Shown: in pieces, positions 55,564 through 64,000 of the stretch | How the letters are laid out: each line of letters opens with the position of its first letter | Numbering within the stretch: the first letter of the stretch is position 1 | DNA from: an uncultured Planctomycetaceae bacterium | GTDB lineage: Bacteria; Planctomycetota; Planctomycetia; Planctomycetales; Planctomycetaceae | Direction: 5' to 3' | DNA length: 64,000 nt | NCBI GenBank assembly: GCA_963813715.1 | Contig: CAWFAK010000012.1 | Span: 320,001-384,000 of the forward strand | Translations under genes and position numbers: made by a program | The notes under the pieces: model-generated | Database searches by the model: none | The model's input: only the letters and a program-made list of their open reading frames with translations | Told to the model about the DNA's origin: nothing

Positions 55564-56418
55564 TCAGGCACGGCTGTCTTCAAGATGCGCGGCCAACCAA
55601 GGCGCGAGCAGTCGCTCCAGGTTGGCGGCCAGCACGTTCTTCGCTTTGACCGGATCGAGCCCCGAGCACAGTTGAGACACGCGATCCCGGGTCGCCAGGG
55701 GCTCGTACTCGGGGAAGTCCGAGCCGACGATCGTGCGTCGATCGAATGTTCGCATCAGGAACCGCAGGTCGTCCTCCACCGAGGTGCCGGCCAGTCGGTG
55801 AATCGTGAAGGAAAGATCGAGCACAAGGTTCGAGTGGGCGGCGACCACCTCGGACATCGCCAGAACCTGCGAGCCGCCCCCATGCAGAAGAATGATCGTG
55901 GTCTGCGGCGCGGCAACCGCGAGCGCATCGGCGAGGTCGGGGGCATTTCGCGTCGCACGCCCGGCCTGGCGGAAAAGCGTGTCGAGAAAGACGATTAGAC
56001 CCCGATCGCCCGCGGTTCGCAGCGCCTGGATGACCTTGATGTGCAGCGGATCGTAACCATTGAGCCGCGGGTGCAGCTTGAGTCCGGCGAAACCAGTCGA
56101 GGCCAGCTGCGCGACAGCGTTTGCGATTTCGCGCTCGCTGTCGAATGTGGCCGGGTTGAGCGAGCCAATCGGCACGAAGCGAGCGGGATAACGGCGGGCG
56201 ACGTCGAGCACCGTGTCGTTCTCGATCACGTCGGCGATGGCCACGAGGCAAGCGCGAGCCGGCGTGCAGCGGTCCAGCTCCGCGAGCAATCTCTCGCAGC
56301 TTGCGTCCCGCTGGGTGCTGCCGAGCCACGAACCGTCAGCGGTGACGTGCGTGAGCGAGTCGAAGAACGAGACGTCGCCGGAACTCAGCGGGGCTCGTTC
56401 AGGTAGCGCTTCAGGCAT
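55564..56418 (-). CDS. Amidohydrolase_2 family protein
   Basis: FDSLTH, GLKLHP, LLHGGG, LDLS, GSDFPE. Confidence 0.8.
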   Translation of the reverse strand: MPEALPERAPLSSGDVSFFDSLTHVTADGSWLGSTQRDASCERLLAELDRCTPARACLVAIADVIENDTVLDVARRYPARFVPIGSLNPATFDSEREIANAVAQLASTGFAGLKLHPRLNGYDPLHIKVIQALRTAGDRGLIVFLDTLFRQAGRATRNAPDLADALAVAAPQTTIILLHGGGSQVLAMSEVVAAHSNLVLDLSFTIHRLAGTSVEDDLRFLMRTFDRRTIVGSDFPEYEPLATRDRVSQLCSGLDPVKAKNVLAANLERLLAPWLAAHLEDSRA

Positions 56419-57104
56419 ACGGTTTCAAACGTGTCCCATTTGCGGCGGTCGATGCAGTCGAACCAAATGTCCTCTTGCTCTTCGATCCGGTCGAGGGCCG
56501 TCAAAAAGCCCTCGGTGAGCGAGGCGGCCGGCACAATCACCGCGCCCGAATCGTCACACACGGCAATCGCCCCGTCATAGCGGGCCCGGCGTTCGGCCAG
56601 GACCGCCGGATCGAGCGGGTGGCGGCACTTTTCGTTGTGACAGCCGACGGGCGTCACCCCCTCTGACCAGATCGGCCAATTCTCTTTGATCAAGTGCGGG
56701 GCATCGCGGAGGTTGCCGCACGCCACGAGGGCCGCCGCCTGCCGGTAAAGTAAGAGGAACTTGGCAACCAAGTTCCCGTAGAGCGCGCGTCCCTCACATT
56801 CGAAAGCTTCCGTGACGATCACGGCTCGTTCCGGGGCCCCGCGCAGCTGCTCGTGCAAATGCCAGTTGCGCGCCTCGTGGGCGTATGTCCAAAACACCTT
56901 GCCCACGCGGTGATGGCCGCGGTTGAGCGCGACAACGCGCGGCAAGGCGCCCGTCTTCTCCAGGCAGTCGGTGACCTCCGCGGTGGAGATGCGGTTGCGC
57001 TGGATGCGGTCGATGATGCGATCAGTCAGCGATTGCACGGTTTGTCTCCTCGACCCATCCAGCATAACAAATCGCGGCCCGCTGGCTCGGGCGTCGGCGG
57101 TCAA
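56385..57104 (-). CDS. RraA-like / HMG-CHA aldolase family protein
   Basis: STAEVTDCL, ALYGNL, GNLRD, DDSGAVIVP. Confidence 0.78.
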   Translation of the reverse strand: MTADARASGPRFVMLDGSRRQTVQSLTDRIIDRIQRNRISTAEVTDCLEKTGALPRVVALNRGHHRVGKVFWTYAHEARNWHLHEQLRGAPERAVIVTEAFECEGRALYGNLVAKFLLLYRQAAALVACGNLRDAPHLIKENWPIWSEGVTPVGCHNEKCRHPLDPAVLAERRARYDGAIAVCDDSGAVIVPAASLTEGFLTALDRIEEQEDIWFDCIDRRKWDTFETVCLKRYLNEPR

Positions 57105-58353
57105 TCGGATAAGTCGACCCTGAGCTCGCGTTCAATGCGCTCGGCCAGCGCAGATGCGGAGTCACGAGTCTCGGCCGACACGATCACATGACCGTGACGG
57201 CTGCGGTCATCCTCGACCGCGGGAATGCGGTCGCCGACCGCCTGGTTGAAGGCGATTTCGATCACTCCCGGCTGCGCTCGCAGCTCGGCCAGATTCGGAA
57301 AACCCAGAATCCGCTTCCCCGGCGGGAGCCGTACAAACCGTAGCTGCGCGGCCCGCTGACGGGTCGTGATCACTTCGGCCTGCTCGCCCAACAGAATCGA
57401 AATCAGGGTGGGCGTCGGCTCGAAGCCGCAGAGTGCCGGCACAATGTGCGAGGCAATCCGCGTCCCCCCGCCACGGGCCGCCATTTCGACCAGCCACGGG
57501 TCCCCCTGGTCGTCGATGAGAAACTCGGCGTGCGTGATTCCGAAAGGAATCCCCAGGGCGCGGACGGTCGCCTCGTTCGCGCGGGCAATTCGTTCCATGA
57601 CCTGTGGCGGGAAATCGCCCGGCCAGGTGAGTGTGCGGGCGACGCCGGCCAGGTCGGGATAGTGGGCTTTATCGGAGATGGCCAGCGTTGTCGGTTGACC
57701 GTCGACGACGAACCCCTCGACCGTGGCCTCGGTTCCCGAAATGTACTGCTCGAAAATCGTCTCGCCGATCGGGGAAGCCTCCTTCGCCCGCCGGAATGCC
57801 TCAATGACCGTGGCCACGTCCGCCGGGTCGAGACGGCTGACACCGCGACTCGACTGGCCGTCGGCCGGTTTGCAAAACAGCGGCAGCCCAAGGTCGGCGG
57901 CCGCCGCGACCGCTTCTTCTTCCGAGCGACAGACGCGGAAGTCCGGCTGACGGATGCCCGCTGCGGCCGCTCGTTCGCGCATGCGGCCTTTGTGCGTGGC
58001 GGCAACGGCCACATCGACCGGCAGGCCCTTCAATCCAAGTTCCGCCGCCACTTGAGCCACGAGGGGCACGGCAAAGTCGGTCTGCTCCGTCATCGCCGCG
58101 TCGACGCGCCGCTCCCGCCCGATGCGCACCAACGCGGCCACGTCCTGGAGCGGCACCTGAACGGCTTCGTCGGCAACGTCAAAGCCGGGGGGCTGGGACG
58201 TGCCGTCCGCGCAAATCACGATCAGGCCCATTTCCTGCGCGAGGCGGATGACCGGGACCTGCCAGCGACCGCCGGGCAGAAATAGCAGCGCGCGCCGCGG
58301 AAGCGGTTCTTCCAGCGGGGATCGAGTTCGGCGGACGCAGCCTCGTCGGTCAA
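57101..58353 (-). CDS. ATP-grasp amide ligase, L-amino-acid-ligase-like (frameshift ~58318)
   Basis: GGRWQVP, KPADGQSSRGV, EQYISG.E, HAEF, EMAARGGG, C-terminal R.GHVIV; AGGAG before TTG 58353. Confidence 0.85.
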
Positions 58354-58420
58354 GGGGCGCTCCTGGACTCGGCCAGTCTCTCCGGCCTTTCGTTCAAAAC
58401 TTATCGCCCGGTTGAGGCGA

Positions 58421-58450
58421 TTGCAAACCGGCTCGCGGCGGCGATAGACT
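58421..58450 (+). promoter_or_regulatory. Putative sigma-70 promoter TTGCAA-N18-TAGACT
   Basis: In the divergent gap upstream of the GT2 gene. Confidence 0.45.
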
Positions 58451-58580
58451 CGAATTGAAGAGACGACGACGCGTGCCAACGTGCTCGTCTCAGTGATTTC
58501 TTCTCCGGCACCGCGTGGAATCGGGTCCGATTCCCGCTTCCGCCCGACCGGGCTGGCGCGTCACTTTCCGGCGGAAGCCC

Positions 58581-59681
58581 ATGTTGATCAGCGTCGTTAC
58601 GACGTTGTACCGATCGTCGCCGCACCTCGAAGAGTTTTATCGGCGGACGCTGGAAGCGGTGCGCAGCGCGACCGGCAACGAGGGCACCGAAGTCGAGCTG
58701 ATTTTTGTCGACGACGGCTCGCCCGACGACTCGGCCGTCAAAGTTCGCGAATTCCTACAGCGGCCGACGCCGGCCACGCTGGTCGAGCTGTCGCGGAATT
58801 TTGGACACCATCGGGCCATCCTCACCGGTCTTTCGTTCGCCCGCGGCGATCTGGTCTTCTTGATCGACTGCGACCTGGAGGAACCGCCGGAGTTGTTCGG
58901 CGAAATGCTGCGGACGCTGGAACGCACGCGCAGTCGAGCCGCGCCCGCCGACGTGGTTTACGCGGTTCCCCATCGCCGCAAAGGGGGGCTGTTCGAACAA
59001 GTTTCGGGCGAGCTCTTTTATCGGCTCTTCAACAGCCTGTCGGACGTGCAGATTCCCAACAACTGGATGATCTGCCGGCTGATGACGGCCCGTTACGTCC
59101 GCGCTCTCTTGTCGCACAACGAGCGCGAGCTGTTCCTGGGCGGCCTGTTCGGCATCACCGGCTTTCGCCAGGTGGCGATCACGGCGGAGAAGCGGCACAA
59201 AGGTTCCACGACTTGGACGCTGCGACGAAAATTGAAAGTCGCTCTGCAAGCAGTGACCGCCTTCAGCGCCCGGCCCCTGTGGTTGTTGGCGGGAATCGGT
59301 TCGCTGATTTCGGCCGCCTCTGCCATCGCCATTCTTTACATGATCGTTCGCGTGGCGCTGCTGGGGATGCCGTACCAAGCGGGCTGGGCGTCGACGATGG
59401 TGACGATCAGCTTTTTCGGGGGGTTGAATCTGCTGGCCATCGGGATTGTCGGGTTGTATGTGGCCCAGGTGTTCGCGGAGGTCAAAGGCCGGCCGTGCAT
59501 CGTCAAAGACGTGCAGGCCAACTTCGCCCGCGATCCCGGCGCGAACGCGGCGACTGTGATCACCATCGCGTCCGCATCCGCCCACGTTCTCTCGCGCTCG
59601 CCCTTAGAGAACGTCCCGGCCAATGGCGACGCCGCGAAGGCCGGAGCCGCCGGCCCCGCGTCGGAGCCGCGTCATGCTTGA
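58581..59681 (+). CDS. GT2 glycosyltransferase, GtrB/ArnC (polyprenyl-phosphate) type
   Basis: VDDGSPD, LSRNFGHH.A, IDCDLEEPPE, two C-terminal TM helices, EVKGRP. Confidence 0.9.
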   Translation: MLISVVTTLYRSSPHLEEFYRRTLEAVRSATGNEGTEVELIFVDDGSPDDSAVKVREFLQRPTPATLVELSRNFGHHRAILTGLSFARGDLVFLIDCDLEEPPELFGEMLRTLERTRSRAAPADVVYAVPHRRKGGLFEQVSGELFYRLFNSLSDVQIPNNWMICRLMTARYVRALLSHNERELFLGGLFGITGFRQVAITAEKRHKGSTTWTLRRKLKVALQAVTAFSARPLWLLAGIGSLISAASAIAILYMIVRVALLGMPYQAGWASTMVTISFFGGLNLLAIGIVGLYVAQVFAEVKGRPCIVKDVQANFARDPGANAATVITIASASAHVLSRSPLENVPANGDAAKAGAAGPASEPRHA

Positions 59682-60363
59682 AGCCGATCGTGTCGAGACG
59701 CGTGCACGGTACGCGGCCCGCTATCGGGAGTTCGGCTACGACCCGCGGACCTTGGGCTGGCAAAAGGGACGGCAGCGGGTACGGTTCGCCGCGGTGCTCG
59801 AGTCAGTCGGCACTTCATTCGGCAGCCTGCTCGACGTCGGCTGTGGTTTCGGCGACCTGTTTGGATACCTCCGCGAGCGCGGCTGGCAGGGCGATTACCT
59901 CGGCGTCGACATCTGTCCGGAGCTGCTGGAGGAGGGGCGCAAGCGGTTCGGCCCGCTTGGGGCGCGGTTCGAATGCGTCGATCTATCAGGTGAGTCTCCC
60001 GCTTTTACCGCCGACGTTGCCGTGGCGCTCGGCGTGTTCAACCATCGCTTGCAGGAGGATAATCTCGAATTCATCGGGCAAATGCTGCACGCGATGTGGG
60101 CCCAATCGACCCAGGTCGTCGTGACCGATTTTCTCAGCACGACGGCCGACCGCCCCAAGCCAGACTTATTCCACGCCGACGCCAACGCCATCCTGCAGAT
60201 GGCACTGGGTTACAGCAAGCGCGTGCGGCTCGACCACAGCTACATGCCGTTCGAGTTTCTCGTCGCCATCTGGCACGATGATTCCTTCTCGGTCGACTGT
60301 CCCGTGTTTGCTCCGCATATCTCGCAGGTGAATCCCCAACCGCCGGGCGCGTCCCCGGCGTAA
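59674..60363 (+). CDS. Class I SAM-dependent methyltransferase (glycan-locus type)
   Basis: LGW..RQ.VRF, LLDVGCGFGDL, YLGVDI, GVFN, YMPFEF. Confidence 0.85.
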   Translation: MLEADRVETRARYAARYREFGYDPRTLGWQKGRQRVRFAAVLESVGTSFGSLLDVGCGFGDLFGYLRERGWQGDYLGVDICPELLEEGRKRFGPLGARFECVDLSGESPAFTADVAVALGVFNHRLQEDNLEFIGQMLHAMWAQSTQVVVTDFLSTTADRPKPDLFHADANAILQMALGYSKRVRLDHSYMPFEFLVAIWHDDSFSVDCPVFAPHISQVNPQPPGASPA

Positions 60364-60382
60364 ATCGATCGGTTTCTCGATT

Positions 60383-61099
60383 ATGACCACACCTGCGGCC
60401 TCCGATCCGAAACGCAATCGAGCCCGCGAGCTGGCGCAAACACACGTGGCGGAGGGGGACTTGGTCGGCTGGTTCGAGCCGCTCTACGCAGAAGCGGAGG
60501 GCGATCCGGCGCGGGTGCCGTGGGCCGATCTCAAGCCCAATCCCAACCTGGTCGAGTGGGTCGAGCACGCGGCGGTCCGCGGCGAAGGGCGGACCGCGCT
60601 CGTGGTCGGCTGCGGATTGGGGGACGACGCCGAGTTCTTGGCGGCCCGCGGCTTTCGCGTCACGGCCTTCGATATCGCCCCGTCGGCGGTTGCCTGGTGT
60701 CAGCGACGCCATCCCACGAGCTCGGTCCAATACGTGACGGCCGATTTGCTCGATCCGCCCGCCGATTGGAATCAGCGCTTCGACCTCGTCTACGAAGGCT
60801 ACACACTGCAGGTGCTGCAATCGGCTGTGCTGCGATCCCGAGCGATCGAGCATCTGAGCGCATTTCCCGGGCCCGGTGGCACGTTGCTCGTCATTTGCCG
60901 CGGCCGCGATCCGGGCGATCCGGAGGGCCAGATGCCGTGGCCGCTCATGCGCGAGGAACTCGCCGTTCTCGATCGGTCTGGTTTGGCTCCCGTGGCCTTC
61001 GAAGACTTCTTGGACCAGCACAAAGCGCCCCCGGTCCGACGTTTTCAGGCCCTCTGGCGACGTCCGACGCCCCCGGCTACGCCCGCAAATAAGCCGTGA
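60383..61099 (+). CDS. Class I SAM-dependent methyltransferase, TPMT-like
   Basis: GWFE.LY, VPWA, VVGCGLGDDA, FDIAPSA, FDLV, PWPL. Confidence 0.85.
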   Translation: MTTPAASDPKRNRARELAQTHVAEGDLVGWFEPLYAEAEGDPARVPWADLKPNPNLVEWVEHAAVRGEGRTALVVGCGLGDDAEFLAARGFRVTAFDIAPSAVAWCQRRHPTSSVQYVTADLLDPPADWNQRFDLVYEGYTLQVLQSAVLRSRAIEHLSAFPGPGGTLLVICRGRDPGDPEGQMPWPLMREELAVLDRSGLAPVAFEDFLDQHKAPPVRRFQALWRRPTPPATPANKP

Positions 61100-62215
61100 C
61101 TTCGCGGACCACGTCGGCCTGCTCATCCGCCGTAATCGTGTAATAAAACGGCAGGCGGATCAGGCAGGCGCTCACCGCGTCGGTCACAGGCAACGGGCGC
61201 ACGTCGCAGCCGAGCTTGCGACCCATCGGCGACGAATGCAGCGGCACGTAGTGGAAGACGGCGCCGATGCCGCGAGAGTTCAAATGGGCCAGCAGCCCGT
61301 CCCGCGTCTTTGCGTCGCGCGTGAGCAAGTAAAAGAGATGGAAGTTTTGGGTGCAGCCCTCGGGAACCGTGGGGAGTCGCACCAGCCCCTCGTCCGCCAG
61401 CGGCTGCAGGCTTTGCTGGTAGTACTCGTAAATTTGGCGACGCCGGTCGGAAATCGCCTGCATCATTTCGAGCTGACCGAAGAGAAACGCGCCGACGAGT
61501 TCGCTCGGCACGTAGGCGGAGCCGACGTCGACCCAGGTGTATTTGTCGACCTGGCCGCGGAAGAATTTCTGCCGGTTCGTCCCTTTGTCGCGAAGGATCT
61601 CGGCCCGTTCGACCAGGTCGGGGCGATTGACGCACAACGCTCCCCCTCGCCCGAGATGAAATTCTTGGTCTCGTGAAAGCTGTAGCACCCGACGTCGCCG
61701 AGCGAGCCAAGCGCCTTGCCGCGATAGAACGAATTCACGGCCTGGGCCGCATCTTCCACGACGAGCAGCCGATGAGCCCGGGCGATCTCCCGAATGCGGT
61801 CCATCTCGCAAGCGACTCCCGCGTAGTGCACGGGAACGATCACTTTGGTTCGCTCGTTGACGGCCGCCTCGATCAGCTTCTCGTCGAGGTTAAGCGTATC
61901 GGCTCGGATATCGACGAAGACCGGCCTCGCGCCGGCCCGCACAAAGGCGCTCGCCGTCGACACGAACGTAAACGAGGGCAGGATGACTTCATCGCCCGGC
62001 TCGAGATCGCAGAGCAAGGCGGCCATTTCCAGCGCCGCCGTGCACGACGGAGTGAGCAGCACGCGGTTGATGCCCAGCCGCTGTTCCAACAGCCGACAGC
62101 AAGCCTGCGTGAAGCGGCCGTCGCCTGCTAGATTGCCCAGCGCCACGGCCTGAGCGATGGAATCCAGCTCTCGGCCGACCAGGAACGGTTTGTTGAACGG
62201 GATGCGGTATTCCAT
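61077..62215 (-). CDS. wecE: dTDP-4-amino-4,6-dideoxygalactose transaminase (DegT/DnrJ family; frameshift ~61645)
   Basis: IPFNKP, TPSCTAALEM, VHYAGVACEM, EDAAQ, SFHETKN, KGTNR..FRGQVDKYTWVD, AVFHYVPLHSSP. Confidence 0.9.
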
Positions 62216-62292
62216 GCGGAGTCCGCAGCGCGAGACGGCGCAAAGACGTGTGCCAGGCGCGGGGACTTGCGCAGCCCTTCGCCCCGTGACGT

Positions 62293-63168
62293 TTACTTGC
62301 GGGACATCGCCCGTTTGACCGCGGCCCCCATGTCGGCCGGACTTTCTGCCACTTCGACCCGGGCACCCTTGAGGGCGGCAATTTTCTCCGTGGCCGTCCC
62401 GCTGCCGCCGGAGATAATCGCCCCCGCGTGCCCCATCCGTTTGCCCGGCGGGGCCGTGCGGCCGGCGATGAACCCGGCAACCGGCTTGGTCACGTGCTCC
62501 TTGATGAAGGCGGCGGCTTGCTCCTCGGCGTTGCCGCCGATTTCGCCGATCATCAGGATGGCTTCGGTGGCCGGGTCCTTCTGGAACAAATCGAGCAGAT
62601 CGATGAACGAGGTGCCGACGATCGGATCGCCGCCGATGCCGACGGAGGTCGACAATCCCAAGCCGACATTGCCGAGCTGCCAGGCCGCTTCATAGGTGAG
62701 CGTGCCGCTGCGACTGATGAGCCCGACCGAGCCGACCTTGTGAATGTAACCGGGCATGATGCCGATCTTGGCGACGCCCGGCGTGATGACGCCCGGGCAG
62801 TTCGGCCCGACCAGGCGGCAGTTCTTGCCCATCAGGCCGCGTTTGGCGCGAACCATGTCGAGCACGGGGACGCCTTCCGTAATCGCCACGATCAGGCCGA
62901 TGCCCGCGTCGGCCGCCTCGAGGATCGCGTCGGCACAAAACGGAGGCGGCACGAAGATCAGCGAACAGTTGGCACCCGTCTTCGCGACCGCTTGCTCCAC
63001 CGTGTCGAAGACCGGAAAGCCGTCGACTTCCGTCCCGCCCTTGCCCGGCGTCACTCCGCCGACCATCGGCGTGCCGTAGGCCCGGCATTGCTGGCTGTGG
63101 AACAGACCGGCTTTGCCGGTGATCCCCTGGCAAATGACCCGCGTGTTTTTGTCGACCAAAATGCTCAT
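62293..63168 (-). CDS. sucD: Succinyl-CoA ligase alpha subunit
   Basis: [40 protein letters not shown]. Confidence 0.97.
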   Translation of the reverse strand: MSILVDKNTRVICQGITGKAGLFHSQQCRAYGTPMVGGVTPGKGGTEVDGFPVFDTVEQAVAKTGANCSLIFVPPPFCADAILEAADAGIGLIVAITEGVPVLDMVRAKRGLMGKNCRLVGPNCPGVITPGVAKIGIMPGYIHKVGSVGLISRSGTLTYEAAWQLGNVGLGLSTSVGIGGDPIVGTSFIDLLDLFQKDPATEAILMIGEIGGNAEEQAAAFIKEHVTKPVAGFIAGRTAPPGKRMGHAGAIISGGSGTATEKIAALKGARVEVAESPADMGAAVKRAMSRK

Positions 63169-63229
63169 AACGGTGTCGTTGTCCTGCCGTGAATGCTCTT
63201 GAAACGAAACTGATCAAATCGGGTTTCCG

Positions 63230-63300
63230 GGAGGGCGAAGCTCTGCTGAGCCTCTTCCTCCCTCGCGTGTGAGGCGCGCTCGGCGGAGCCTCGCGCCCTT

Positions 63301-63301
<1 letters not shown>
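63230..63301. repeat. REP-like imperfect palindrome between sucC and sucD
   Basis: GGAGGGCGAAGCTCTGCTGAGC...GCTCGGCGGAGCCTCGCGCCCTTC with an inner small hairpin. Confidence 0.7.

Positions 63302-64000
<699 letters not shown>

Overview
GC-rich bacterial chromosomal segment, almost certainly from a planctomycete: it carries the lineage-typical DUF1549/DUF1553-DUF1501 pair, a second DUF1501, a PVC-type CxxCH haem/dehydrogenase protein, a PQQ-like propeller, an LRR lipoprotein and an ECF sigma factor coupled to a Ser/Thr kinase with WD40 repeats. About 55 protein-coding genes fill the window. They include housekeeping genes (purB, tal, hslVU, queF, bioB, murD, rfbD, sucD, partial sucC), a sigma-54 activator, a four-gene ABC exporter and a hydrolase cluster. 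About 25 small indels split conserved genes, which looks like long-read assembly error rather than pseudogenisation. I saw no rRNA, tRNA, CRISPR array or transposase. The best candidate for an undescribed system is 55564-62215: an ATP-grasp amide ligase, an RraA/HMG-type aldolase and an amidohydrolase sit divergent from a GtrB/ArnC-type glycosyltransferase and two methyltransferases, next to a WecE-type amino-sugar transaminase. This could make an unusual N-acylated amino sugar for a surface glycan. Other leads: a 21-bp tandem repeat with a palindromic core in the bioB leader, an exported animal-type glutaminyl cyclase with several Gln-initiated secreted proteins, recurrent 18-bp-spacer promoters, and a vertebrate-ASMT-like methyltransferase. 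All protein calls come from motif recognition by eye; no searches were run.
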